A DNA stretch of 64,000 nt from an uncultured Candidatus Saccharibacteria bacterium (GTDB lineage: Bacteria; Patescibacteriota; Minisyncoccia; Phycocordibacterales; UBA2100), in assembly GCA_964623775.1 (NCBI GenBank), contig CAZUVH010000003.1:5739-69738 (forward strand). The letters run 5' to 3'. The notes beneath the pieces are model-generated. The model was not told the DNA's origin and made no database searches. It was given only the letters and a program-made list of their open reading frames with translations. The position numbers and the translations under genes are program-made. This document shows, piece by piece, positions 8,902 through 19,072 of this stretch; position 1 is the stretch's first letter; each line of letters opens with the position of its first letter.

Positions 8902-11900
8902 ATGGATATATCTGTACCTAGAAGCGTTTCTCTTATTTTTAACAAATTGGCTGCAGGCACCGTTGTGCTCGCAATGGTCGTCAGCATGTTCCCAGCCGGT
9001 CTCACCGGTTTTAATTTTGCGTCGGCGGACGACAGTGGTTTTCTTTCACCCACGGTCAAGGATGTGAATCATGACGAATGGAGTAATGCAGACCGTGCAT
9101 TCAGTAGCAACAATAATTACTCAACGGAAACCGACGAGGATGATGACCAGAGCTTTGAAAGTTTCGGTTTCTCGGTGCCATCAGCATCGACAATCAATGG
9201 AGTCGAGGTGAGCATCGAGGGCTTCACTGCTGACCCTTCCGGTTGTCAGGCTGAGGTGCGAATGTGGTCAGACAGCGATAATGAGCATTCTGACTACCGC
9301 ACGCAGTCTGTCACGGACACTGAGGGGACGTATGTCCTCGGCGGGTCATCTGACTTGTGGGGTTCTACATGGATACCATCAGACTTCAGCAACGCGGACT
9401 TCCACGTGGAAATTCGATTTGATGATGTAGGAAGTGGTACCTGTGATGACATAGATGTTGAAAATGGTGGCATCGACATCAACCACAGCGGCAGTGTCAG
9501 CAGTTCTGATGATGGCTCCCTGGGCGGGAAGACCATAATTGACGGACGAGTTGATTGGGATAACAACGGTGTCGTAAATGGCAGCGATGATTCCTCTGCA
9601 AATGCGTTCCTTGGCAAAACGATCATCGATGGATGGGTAGACTTCAATGGCAGTGGAACGATTAGTGGTAGTGGAAGCAGTGACGACGGCGAGCTTGTGA
9701 ATAACACGTTCTCGCTCGATCACATCCAAGTGAAAGTCCATTACACTCCAGATGCATGCAATGATGTGTTCACGTACGAAAAGGAGAGCGACTACAGCGA
9801 TGCTCGCGTGGCCATCGACTTCCATGGCTTTGGTGGTAATGAAATTGACGTGTCGGCGCAAACTGGTTACGAAATTCAGGAAGTTTGGCTGGATGTCGAA
9901 GGTGATGGCGAATCAGGTTACTACCTCTATGCAACGGGCCCCGTAGACGACTTCAATCCACCAGGTGGCGAGATTGACGAAGCAAAAATCATAGTCAAAA
10001 AGACCTGCAACGGTGTATTGGAGGTGAAGAAAGTAATTGTCGGCGGTCATGATGGAGATGACGCAGAAGACTTCTCCTTCACGGTTGCGACAAATGACAG
10101 CGTTACGGTCCCGCAGAGTTTCGAAGCGGACGGCCAGAATGATCTCTCACTCGCTCCTGACACCTACACTGTCACAGAAACCGCAGCGGCGGGATGGGTC
10201 ACTACATACGAAAATTGCTCCGACGTTTCTCTCGCACTTGGTGAGACAGAGACCTGTACCATAACCAACACAAGACTCGGCTCGATCACAATTGTGAAGG
10301 AGACGGTGCCCGGCGAAGTAGATCAAGACTTCGTCTTCACGACGAGCGAAGGTCTCGCGGAGGGGAATCAGTTCACCCTCAATACATCCGAGGAAAGCCA
10401 GGTTACATTCAGCGGACTCGAGGCCGGTGAGTATTCGATTACGGAAACGGAAGTTCCCGGCTATGTTCTCACGAATGTGAGCTGTGTAGCAGATGGTGCG
10501 GAATACATTGTTGAAGACAATATGGTATCGATCGGTCTCAGTAACACCACTGATGTAGTGTGTACTTTCACCAATAAGCGACTTCCGATGCTGACGGTCT
10601 ACAAATATGCTTCTCCGCTCGACACGTCCTTCGACATTACGGTAGAGAATACTACGCTCGCGACGAGCAGCATCTTTACAGCTGATGTCGCAGGTGATGG
10701 TGAGGCAAACAGCGGTAATACGTATCATTACGTTGCGCTTGGCGACTACACTCTCACAGAAACACTTCCTGAGGGCTGGGGTGCAAATGGTACAGGCGGT
10801 GTCTCGAGCTCTGTCTGCTACAAGAATGGTGATGCGTCGGATATGGACGACACATCGATCAGCACATCTCTCGCGTATGGCGACGTAGTCAACTGTATCT
10901 TCAACAACACCCCGAATTCAATCCTTGCCGGAGACAAATTCGAGGATATGGATGGTAAGGGCGAAAGCACGGAAGGGGATGGTCTCAGCGGATGGACCAT
11001 TAGACTCTTTGAGTGGGATGGTGACAGTTGGGATTTTGAGGACGACACAACGACGGATGCAGGAGGCATGTTCAACTTCGGCAACATTCAGCCTGGCAAA
11101 TACCTCCTTTGCGAACAAGAACAGAGCAGTTGGTACCAATCAGTACCGTCTGACAGCACCACCCCGCCCGCAGGCGCTGTGGTCACGAGCTGCATCAATG
11201 ACGTGACTTGGGGTTCGGCCAAGGGTTACAGAATCGAAATCGTTGATGTGCCGGTCGCAACCACGACGGCAACTGTCGACGATCAGGAGGTGGTGATTGC
11301 AGAGCCGCTCGAGGGTGACGACGAATTTCCGGGCCAGGTATTCGATGGCTTCCGTTTTGGTAACTACCAGAAAGGATCCATCGGTGGCATAAAGTGGAAC
11401 GACGAAGACTCGAACGGTGTTCTCTGCACGGAGGAGATGGATGCAAATGATGAATGCACAGAAGAACAGGCTCCAGACAACAAGTGGTACATCGCTTACT
11501 CGGGTCCTTACAACAATGGCGGTGAATGGACCTCTGCAGGCACCTTCTCGTTCACCAATCTCGAGCCGGGCACATACACCTTGAGCGAATCCATGCAATC
11601 AGGGTGGGCACAGACGTACCCATACCTTTCGACGGGAAATCAGACGCATACCGTGGTCGTGCAATCAGGCGATCACAAGGTTCGCAATTTCGGCAACGTC
11701 GGTGACTCAACCATTTCAGGTGAGAAATGGAATGATGTCGACGGAGATGGGGTGAAAGACGAAGGCGAAACTACACCGGGCACTTCGTTCACATTCGAGC
11801 TGTACAAGATAGTCGGTGAGACATCAACACTGGTCACTACGCAGAGTGATAACGACGGATACACTTTCAGTGGCCTGCTCTCGGGTACCTACATGGTATG

Positions 11901-13299
11901 TGAGGTTGAAACTTCCGGCTGGGAACAGACATACCCCGCAGATGATGGTTGCCATACGGTGACCGTGGGTATTGATCAAGACTCGACCGACAATGACTTC
12001 GGCAACATTGAGGTGGTCGACATCTCTGGTATGAAGTACCACGACAAGAACAGAAACGGCGTCAAAGATGAAGGTGAGTTCGGCCTCTCGGGCTGGACCA
12101 TCACGGCGACTCCGATCGTAGATTCGTGCAACGACGGATGCTGGGAGGAGGACACAGACAATATGAAGACGACAACGACAGATAGTGACGGCAACTACGT
12201 CTTCCATATCAAAAACAGCGAGACAGGAACGTGGCGAATTGCGGAAGTAAATCAATCCGCATGGACACAGACCGCGCCCACAGATCCGAGCTACTACGAC
12301 ACTCAGGTCTCGATCGGTGATCCATCCACAGGAAATAACTTCGGCAATTGGAAGTGGCCGGTCATACAGGTATACAAGTGGACCGATCTCAACTCGAACG
12401 GCACTCAAGACGAGGGTGAGGGGCCAGTCGCTGGTTACCCGATCGCAGTTGGCCAGATCACAGGCAGTGAAGGAGGTGAGGAAGGCGCCGACGCTCTCAA
12501 TGTGGAAATTATCACCACTGAGCTCACCGGCTCCGATGGCTTTGCTAATATCGCTCTCAATCCCGCTTGGTTCGAGGACGGCCTCACGCAAAGTGAGTTG
12601 AACAATCTCGTTGTGTTTGAGGGTCAGCAGAGCAATTGGACGAAGACCTTCCCGAATTTCACGCACAATGACACGATCAATATCACCTGGCGCGACGGCC
12701 TCATTCCAATCACACTTCTCACAGACTCATTCTTCGATGTCTTCACAGAGGGCATATTCTCTGGCGGCGGCACTGCAACAGCAGGTCTTCAACACGACAC
12801 GTACTCACCTGAGACTTCACTCAAGTTTGGCAACCACTACACCGAGCCGGTGACGGAGACGCCGTCGACCCCGACGAATGGCGGTGGTGGGGGTGGCGGC
12901 AACGGCCCGATCGCGGGATCTCTCCCGGCTGGTCAGGTACTTGGCGCATTCGCAAGTTCGAATGGCCAAGTGCTCGGTGAATCTGCGTGCAGTGCAGTAC
13001 TCCTCACCGACTTCATGCGCCGCGGCAAGAAGAATGATCCAGAACAGGTGAAGCTCCTGCAGGAATTCCTCAACAAGGAAATGGGCCTCAACCTCCCAGT
13101 TACAGGCTTCTTTGGACCGTTGACCGAGAATGCGGTCAAGAGCTTCCAGATCAAGTACGCGGCTGACATCCTGACGCCATGGAATCTGTCGGAACCGACC
13201 GGATTCGTGTACCTCACGACGCTCCGCAAGATCAATCAGATCCACTGCGAAGCGCTCAATATCCCGATGCCTGAGCTCGTTCCATTCAGTGGCGAGTAA
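8902..13299 (+). CDS. Large secreted surface protein with SdrD-B/SpaA-like Ig repeats and C-terminal peptidoglycan-binding domain
   Basis: Signal/TM segment; repeats of G.K(W/F/Y).D.(D/N)G.G..D.GE ending in FGN; GQVLG twice; VKLLQEFLN...GFFGPLTENAVKSFQ. Confidence 0.85.
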   Translation: MDISVPRSVSLIFNKLAAGTVVLAMVVSMFPAGLTGFNFASADDSGFLSPTVKDVNHDEWSNADRAFSSNNNYSTETDEDDDQSFESFGFSVPSASTINGVEVSIEGFTADPSGCQAEVRMWSDSDNEHSDYRTQSVTDTEGTYVLGGSSDLWGSTWIPSDFSNADFHVEIRFDDVGSGTCDDIDVENGGIDINHSGSVSSSDDGSLGGKTIIDGRVDWDNNGVVNGSDDSSANAFLGKTIIDGWVDFNGSGTISGSGSSDDGELVNNTFSLDHIQVKVHYTPDACNDVFTYEKESDYSDARVAIDFHGFGGNEIDVSAQTGYEIQEVWLDVEGDGESGYYLYATGPVDDFNPPGGEIDEAKIIVKKTCNGVLEVKKVIVGGHDGDDAEDFSFTVATNDSVTVPQSFEADGQNDLSLAPDTYTVTETAAAGWVTTYENCSDVSLALGETETCTITNTRLGSITIVKETVPGEVDQDFVFTTSEGLAEGNQFTLNTSEESQVTFSGLEAGEYSITETEVPGYVLTNVSCVADGAEYIVEDNMVSIGLSNTTDVVCTFTNKRLPMLTVYKYASPLDTSFDITVENTTLATSSIFTADVAGDGEANSGNTYHYVALGDYTLTETLPEGWGANGTGGVSSSVCYKNGDASDMDDTSISTSLAYGDVVNCIFNNTPNSILAGDKFEDMDGKGESTEGDGLSGWTIRLFEWDGDSWDFEDDTTTDAGGMFNFGNIQPGKYLLCEQEQSSWYQSVPSDSTTPPAGAVVTSCINDVTWGSAKGYRIEIVDVPVATTTATVDDQEVVIAEPLEGDDEFPGQVFDGFRFGNYQKGSIGGIKWNDEDSNGVLCTEEMDANDECTEEQAPDNKWYIAYSGPYNNGGEWTSAGTFSFTNLEPGTYTLSESMQSGWAQTYPYLSTGNQTHTVVVQSGDHKVRNFGNVGDSTISGEKWNDVDGDGVKDEGETTPGTSFTFELYKIVGETSTLVTTQSDNDGYTFSGLLSGTYMVCEVETSGWEQTYPADDGCHTVTVGIDQDSTDNDFGNIEVVDISGMKYHDKNRNGVKDEGEFGLSGWTITATPIVDSCNDGCWEEDTDNMKTTTTDSDGNYVFHIKNSETGTWRIAEVNQSAWTQTAPTDPSYYDTQVSIGDPSTGNNFGNWKWPVIQVYKWTDLNSNGTQDEGEGPVAGYPIAVGQITGSEGGEEGADALNVEIITTELTGSDGFANIALNPAWFEDGLTQSELNNLVVFEGQQSNWTKTFPNFTHNDTINITWRDGLIPITLLTDSFFDVFTEGIFSGGGTATAGLQHDTYSPETSLKFGNHYTEPVTETPSTPTNGGGGGGGNGPIAGSLPAGQVLGAFASSNGQVLGESACSAVLLTDFMRRGKKNDPEQVKLLQEFLNKEMGLNLPVTGFFGPLTENAVKSFQIKYAADILTPWNLSEPTGFVYLTTLRKINQIHCEALNIPMPELVPFSGE

Positions 13300-13319
13300 A
13301 TAAAGCCCGTTTACCAGAA

Positions 13320-13347
13320 GCAAACCCCGCCTCTTGGCGGGGTTTGC
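13320..13347 (+). terminator. Intrinsic terminator-like hairpin
   Basis: gcaaaccccgcc-tctt-ggcggggtttgc perfect 12-bp stem. Confidence 0.75.
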
Positions 13348-13374
13348 GTTATAAAAGTGTGCGAGAATGAATAC

Positions 13375-13773
13375 ATGCGTCCCGTAGCCACCGCTCTTGC
13401 ATCCGGGTTTATCCTCATAGCAATGAGCGTCACCCCTGCACTCGCTGACACCTCATTTTTCGTCGGTGACCGTGTCACCGTTACTTCCGGGCCTTTGAAT
13501 GTACGTATGTCGCCCTCGATATACGATGCCCCATACGGCACACAAAAAGAGGGGAATCGCGGCGTCATCTTCCAGGGTCCTGTCGAAAAGGATGGTTATA
13601 CCTGGTGGTTTATCGATTATGACAGCGGGGTGGATGGATGGAGCGTACAGAATTATCTGGGCAGCGCTCATGTGCAAAGTACGCAGACGGCTGCCGCGAA
13701 TACGCAGATTCAGGCACTCTACTGGCAGCTCAAAAATATCCTCATTGTGTTGCAGCAACTGAAAACGCAGTAA
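13375..13773 (+). CDS. Secreted SH3b-like domain protein
   Basis: Signal peptide; LNVRMSPS...GPVEKDGYTWWFIDYDSGVDGWS. Confidence 0.8.
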   Translation: MRPVATALASGFILIAMSVTPALADTSFFVGDRVTVTSGPLNVRMSPSIYDAPYGTQKEGNRGVIFQGPVEKDGYTWWFIDYDSGVDGWSVQNYLGSAHVQSTQTAAANTQIQALYWQLKNILIVLQQLKTQ

Positions 13774-13874
13774 GCATTTTGTGTACTTAAAACCACCTAT
13801 AGATAAAGATAGGTACAAATAGAAAGAGTTGAATAGTGGATAATTGACGGGAGATTTCGTGCGACAATGAATCC

Positions 13875-14876
13875 ATGAGTCGGAAGAGGGGCTTTTTTAG
13901 CAGCAAGAAAGTGAAGAGGGAATTCGAGCTGCTCGGGGGCGTATCGGCGACAGCGGCCTCGCTTCTCGTCGTTTCCATTTTTCTTCTCACGTCGCTCGAC
14001 AAGATCCTCATTACCTCCAATCAGTACGCATCCGTCATTGCGGCGGTCTTGGTAGATCTCACAAATGGCGATCGTAATGCGAGCAACATCCACGGTCTCA
14101 CGATCAATCCCGTACTCGTCGCGGTCGCGCAGGCCAAGGCGGATGACATGGCTGCAAAAGGCTATTTCTCGCACGTGTCGCCCGAGGGCAAAGACCCATG
14201 GCATTGGTTTAAGCTCGTCGGTTACAAATTCACGTACGCGGGAGAGAATCTCGCCGTTGACTTTTCGGACTCTGCTGATGTGCAGCGAGCATGGATGAAT
14301 TCGCCGACGCATCGCAAGAATCTGCTCGATCCGCGCTTTACCGAAATAGGGATCGCGACAGCTGCTGGCTTCTATCAGGGCCACCCCACCATCTTTGTCG
14401 TCCAGGCATTCGGCGCCCCTGCAGCATCAGCAAGCGAGCCAACCGTCGCATCCAATGTACCGGACGATCCGGGCACGCTTGCCGTGGCAGAAGTAATGCC
14501 CACGGCGCCCACACAAGTCTTGGGCGAAACAACCGACTCTAATGTGGTAAAGCCGACGATGGAAGTGCGACCAATTACAGCTGGGGAGGTGGTAGTTGTG
14601 CCCCAGCACTCGGCTTGGTACGACCGCCTCGCGTCCTCACCGCGCAATTTCGTGTACATCACATACTATGTCATCGCGGCGCTCATCATCCTCTCGCTCT
14701 TGATCGAGACGGGTCTCCAGATACGCCTGCATCATGAGAAAAAGGCAGTTACGGCGGGCCTCATGCTCGCGCTCGTCCTCGGTTTTGTCTTCGTGACCAA
14801 TGTGTACCTCTTCCCGCACCCTGTACTTGTCTCCGAAAACGCGGTGCAGATGGCAGCTGCTGCAGCCGCGCTCTAG
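13875..14876 (+). CDS. CAP/SCP domain membrane protein
   Basis: AQAKADDMAAKGYFSH, YAGENLA, WMNSPTHRKNLL. Confidence 0.92.
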   Translation: MSRKRGFFSSKKVKREFELLGGVSATAASLLVVSIFLLTSLDKILITSNQYASVIAAVLVDLTNGDRNASNIHGLTINPVLVAVAQAKADDMAAKGYFSHVSPEGKDPWHWFKLVGYKFTYAGENLAVDFSDSADVQRAWMNSPTHRKNLLDPRFTEIGIATAAGFYQGHPTIFVVQAFGAPAASASEPTVASNVPDDPGTLAVAEVMPTAPTQVLGETTDSNVVKPTMEVRPITAGEVVVVPQHSAWYDRLASSPRNFVYITYYVIAALIILSLLIETGLQIRLHHEKKAVTAGLMLALVLGFVFVTNVYLFPHPVLVSENAVQMAAAAAAL

Positions 14877-14889
14877 TATTGATGCACGC

Positions 14890-14919
14890 AACAAAACCCC
14901 GCTTTCGCGGGGTTTTGTT
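14890..14919. terminator. Bidirectional terminator
   Basis: aacaaaaccccgc-tttc-gcggggttttgtt between convergent genes. Confidence 0.8.
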
Positions 14920-14931
14920 ACGCGAGTTTTT

Positions 14932-15438
14932 TTAATTGCCGAATTTGAATGCTCCGAAGATGCGTGCCCAGAAGCCAAGACCCTGAGATTTAGAAGTGCT
15001 CGCCGCTGCCGACGCGCTACCCTTGGCTGTCAGCTCGTTTCTGAGGTCACCAACAGTTGTAGAAGCGGGGAGTCCGAAGAAAAAGCTGAGGAATGAGCGG
15101 ATACCGCCTCTGCCCCATCCCTTACCTTCATCATCCGTCGTTGTCGACTTTTCGCCGCGGTTTTCTTTTTGTTTTGAATCCTGGCGGCGGTCGGCGTCCT
15201 CCCGCTTGTCTGCGACACTGTCATTATCGTCGTCTGAGTCGCGGTATTCGCCCTTAATTTGCTGAATTTTCACATCAAGCTTGCCATCGGCATCGATATC
15301 GCCGATCTGCGCGCGATGCTCGAGTGAAGCATCCGCACCCATTTCTACCCCCAATCCTCCGCGATTGTTATCTGCAAGCGCGAGTGTCGGAAGAGCTAAT
15401 AATGCGGTCATAAGACCAATAGTCACTTCTTTCTTCAT
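14932..15438 (-). CDS. Secreted low-complexity hypothetical protein
   Basis: Signal peptide MKKEVTIGLMTALLALPTLALA; C-terminal GFWARIFG; TACGCT 7 nt before ATG. Confidence 0.7.
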   Translation of the reverse strand: MKKEVTIGLMTALLALPTLALADNNRGGLGVEMGADASLEHRAQIGDIDADGKLDVKIQQIKGEYRDSDDDNDSVADKREDADRRQDSKQKENRGEKSTTTDDEGKGWGRGGIRSFLSFFFGLPASTTVGDLRNELTAKGSASAAASTSKSQGLGFWARIFGAFKFGN

Positions 15439-15687
15439 ATGTATTAGCGTAACACCAAAGTAGGGGAGTAATGTCAATACTGTTAATAGTGTGCTGCTGA
15501 CCCTCATACCCCAGCCGGTGCCGCTCTCATGAAGACGAGTTCAAAATGAGTTCCTTACAGTACTGATTTTAAGCCATATTTTACTGCTATAATCCACTTC
15601 ATGGTGACCGTAAGAATGATGAAGTACGGTCGTCTATATAAAGGGTCTGAAATTAATAGGTTATAAAAAAATTAACATTAGATATAT

Positions 15688-17352
15688 ATGACAGTATTTA
15701 AGAAAATGACCGCTGGAGTATTGGCGGCAGGCATTATGGTGCCGTCTCTCGCTTTTGCGCAGACGTCGACAAGTTCGACCCTCACGGCGCTTTTGGCGCA
15801 GATCAAAGCCTTAACGGCCCAGATTGAGGCTCTCAAACAGCAGCAGTCGACGTTGCAGGGCCAAATCAAGACGGTAAAAGAAGATGCGCGCGCGGCAGTG
15901 AAAGAACTTCGTGGCCAGATAAGGTGCGGAGCGAGCGGCGAAGATGTCGCGCTTCTCCAAACGATCCTCGCATCTGATCCGTCGATCTTCCCGGAAGGCA
16001 TAATCAATGGCTTCTACGGCAAAAAGACGAGCGAGGCAGTTAAGCGCTTCCAGCGCATGACCGGTCTCACGCCGACAGGCTGCGTCGGTCCGCAGACCAT
16101 GAACGCACTCAACAACTTCCTGAAGAAGCACCCGATCATAGTGCAAGACGGCACCGTCTGTGCGCTTGTATTGAATGGCGAAAAGCCGAAAGGCTGGGAG
16201 CGCAAGCTTGATCGTGAACGCGAGAAAATGGGTATGAGCTCCATCCCGACGTGCACGGGCGGCATTCCTCAGTCGATTCTCAATGCTTTCGGTATCAGTT
16301 CGACGACACCGTTTGTCCCGGGCAATACCGGTGTGACACAAGATGAAACGATTCCGGGAAGCGGCAAGATCACGATGTGCCACAAGCCAGGTCACAACAA
16401 AGTGACGATCTATGTCAGCTCGTCTGCTTTTGGCGCGCATATCGCGCATGGTGATCGCCTTGGTGCGTGCGATGGCAGTACTGCCACGACCACGACCGAC
16501 ACTATCGCGCCGACGATCAGTGGCGTGAGCTCGACCAACGTCACAACTACAGGTGTTACCGTTACCTGGACGACCAACGAGGCTGCCACCACGCAGGTTG
16601 AGTATGGCACTACGGCTTCGTACGGTTCGACGACTTCGCTCGATAGTACGAAGGTTACGAATCACAGCGCGGCGATCTCCGGACTCTCAAATGGTACGAC
16701 CTATCACTTCCGCGTGATTTCGAAAGACGCGGCAGGGAATACGGCAACTTCTGGCGATATGACATTCACGACAGGTACGGTCGACACGACCGCCCCGTCG
16801 CTCTCAGCGATCACATCGACCAACCTGACAATGACCGGCGCCACAATCACGTGGACGACCAATGAGAACTCAACGAGTCAGGTGGAATACGGCACGACGG
16901 CTTCGTATGGAAATACGACCACCCTCGACACTGCGCTCGTAACAGGGCACAGCGTCAACCTTACCGGCCTCACGACCGGTACCACATACCACTTCCGCGT
17001 CATTTCGAAAGACGCTGCGAACAATGTGGCGACCTCCGGCGACATGACGTTTGTGACGACAGCCGACACCACCGCGCCAGTTATCTCCGGCGTCTCGGTC
17101 TCGCCGATCAGTGCAAGCAGCGCGTCGATCTCGTGGACGACCAATGAATCAGCTACGACCAAGGTGTACTACGACACCGTAGCCATCACGTCTGGTTCGC
17201 AGTTTGCGGTTGCCGCAGGCGCAGGCACGTCGCACATGGTTGGTCTCACCGGCCTCAGTGCGTCGACGACGTACTACTATGTCCTCGAATCGAAAGACGA
17301 TCAGAACAACACCGCGACGACGACCCAGTCGAGCTTCGCGACGACCAACTAA
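15688..17352 (+). CDS. Secreted peptidoglycan-binding protein with three fibronectin-III-like repeats
   Basis: Signal peptide; GEDVALLQTIL...GFYGKKTSEAVKRFQ; three WTTNE...H...L.GL..(G/S)TTY repeats. Confidence 0.88.
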   Translation: MTVFKKMTAGVLAAGIMVPSLAFAQTSTSSTLTALLAQIKALTAQIEALKQQQSTLQGQIKTVKEDARAAVKELRGQIRCGASGEDVALLQTILASDPSIFPEGIINGFYGKKTSEAVKRFQRMTGLTPTGCVGPQTMNALNNFLKKHPIIVQDGTVCALVLNGEKPKGWERKLDREREKMGMSSIPTCTGGIPQSILNAFGISSTTPFVPGNTGVTQDETIPGSGKITMCHKPGHNKVTIYVSSSAFGAHIAHGDRLGACDGSTATTTTDTIAPTISGVSSTNVTTTGVTVTWTTNEAATTQVEYGTTASYGSTTSLDSTKVTNHSAAISGLSNGTTYHFRVISKDAAGNTATSGDMTFTTGTVDTTAPSLSAITSTNLTMTGATITWTTNENSTSQVEYGTTASYGNTTTLDTALVTGHSVNLTGLTTGTTYHFRVISKDAANNVATSGDMTFVTTADTTAPVISGVSVSPISASSASISWTTNESATTKVYYDTVAITSGSQFAVAAGAGTSHMVGLTGLSASTTYYYVLESKDDQNNTATTTQSSFATTN

Positions 17353-17381
17353 CCTACAGAGTGATCACTGGAGGCTTATGC

Positions 17382-17410
17382 AAACACCCCGGCACATGCC
17401 GGGGTGTTTT
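17382..17410 (+). terminator. Intrinsic terminator
   Basis: aaacaccccggca/tgccggggtgttt. Confidence 0.75.
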
Positions 17411-17429
17411 GCTGATATATAATGACGAT

Positions 17430-19004
17430 ATGAAAAATATTACCCACGTTCTGTTCGTGTTGTTTGTGTTTGCGATATTTTCCCTCCCCGCATCAGCGTA
17501 TGCAGTGTCTGCATCGATCCAAGAAATTTCTCCCGGGACGAGCGTACTGCCGAAAAATAAATTTACGTTCAAAATCGTTCCGTCTGGATTTATGGCGCAA
17601 TCGTACCAACTAACGGATTCGTTCCCCGGGACGACACTTACGGTCAACAACATCGACCAAGCTGGCCGCTTATTCTGGGTACCGCTCCCGAGTGATGTGG
17701 GGACGCACAATCTCACTATCACGGCGCAAGATTTCAACGGCAATAGCGCGATTGTCACACAGACCGTTACGATCTTGCCACCCCCCTCCGTCTCTATTCA
17801 GTCGGTTTCGCCTGACCTCAAAATCATGCCTGGTACGACGCTTACATTCCAAGTTGTTGCGACCGGTTTTACGAACCCGAGATTCACGGTGAGCGATTCT
17901 GTGAGCGGCTCGGGTATTGCCAATGTTACGATCGGCTCATCAGGCGCATTCTCATGGACGCCCGCTCCCGCTGACGACGGGGAGCACAGGATAACTGTCT
18001 ACGCCAATGATTCAAGCGGCAGCAGTGCTTCTGCAAGCATCGATGTCGTAGTCGGCACCGGTCCGAGCATTGTGATCAATGGGATGTCGCCGGGCCCTTC
18101 AGTGACGCTCGGTCAAACGCTCACGTTTACGGCATCGCCGGTGCAATTTTCTCCGAATGCATTTTCAGTGACTGACACATTTTCAGGGACAACTGTTTCC
18201 AACGGCAACATCAATATCTCGGGTCAGTTTTCCTGGACTCCGTCAGGGATCGACGCGGGGACGCATACGCTTACAGTGACGGGGACGGTCGGGTTCTATG
18301 GCAAAAGTGCATCGGTGAAACAGGTGGTACATGTCCTTCGGCCCGGCGAGACGGCGCCAATACAGACTGTTGCTGCCACAAGCACTGCGCCCACAACAGC
18401 AATTGCCGCAAGCGATACTGCCGTGACCGCTCTTCAAAAACAGATTGCCGAACTCACTGCAAAAATCGCCGCTCAAAAAGGCGCATCTGTCTCCACCCCC
18501 GCGGCGACACCCGCACCCGTATCTGCAAACGGCTCATTCACGACCTACCTCTATCAAGGTATGGAGGGGGAAGAGGTGACTCGGTTGCAGAAAGTGCTGG
18601 CGCAGCAGGGCTTTTTCAGCGCAGAACCAAATGGCACCTTTGGACCGCTCACGGTGGCCGCGGTGAAGAAATTCCAGGCAGCGCAGGGTCTCAGCACGCT
18701 TGGGGTCGTGGGTCCGGCCACTCGCGCAGCGCTCAATGCACTCTCGAATTCTTCGGCGACACCGAAGGGTGTTGAAAATTCTGCCAGCAAATATGTATTT
18801 GAAAAGTTCCTCTCACGGGGCGATGAGAATACGGATGTTACGGAGCTTCAGAAGCGCCTCAAGGCACTTGGCTTTTTCACGGGCGAAGCATCGGGGTACT
18901 TTGGTCCAGCCACCTACGCGGCAGTCATAAAATTCCAGGTGGCAAATGGTCTTGACCCGAAAGGACATGTAGGGCCTGGCACGCGCGCTGCGCTCAATAA
19001 GTAA
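17430..19004 (+). CDS. Secreted protein with three Ig/cadherin-like repeats and two peptidoglycan-binding domains
   Basis: G.FSWTP...D.G.H repeats; EVTRLQKVL...FGPLTVAAVKKFQ and DVTELQKRL...FGPATYAAVIKFQ. Confidence 0.85.
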   Translation: MKNITHVLFVLFVFAIFSLPASAYAVSASIQEISPGTSVLPKNKFTFKIVPSGFMAQSYQLTDSFPGTTLTVNNIDQAGRLFWVPLPSDVGTHNLTITAQDFNGNSAIVTQTVTILPPPSVSIQSVSPDLKIMPGTTLTFQVVATGFTNPRFTVSDSVSGSGIANVTIGSSGAFSWTPAPADDGEHRITVYANDSSGSSASASIDVVVGTGPSIVINGMSPGPSVTLGQTLTFTASPVQFSPNAFSVTDTFSGTTVSNGNINISGQFSWTPSGIDAGTHTLTVTGTVGFYGKSASVKQVVHVLRPGETAPIQTVAATSTAPTTAIAASDTAVTALQKQIAELTAKIAAQKGASVSTPAATPAPVSANGSFTTYLYQGMEGEEVTRLQKVLAQQGFFSAEPNGTFGPLTVAAVKKFQAAQGLSTLGVVGPATRAALNALSNSSATPKGVENSASKYVFEKFLSRGDENTDVTELQKRLKALGFFTGEASGYFGPATYAAVIKFQVANGLDPKGHVGPGTRAALNK

Positions 19005-19072
19005 TCAGCGCGCCACGTGTCCACAAAAAAATCAATTTGACCGGAGGTGGGGAGTGCTACAATCCGGACACT

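Noticed and set aside
16495-17349. DNA-level direct repeats that could suggest an array
   Set aside because: They are in-frame FN3 domain repeats within one CDS with no repeat-spacer structure; no CRISPR array or cas gene was seen anywhere in the window
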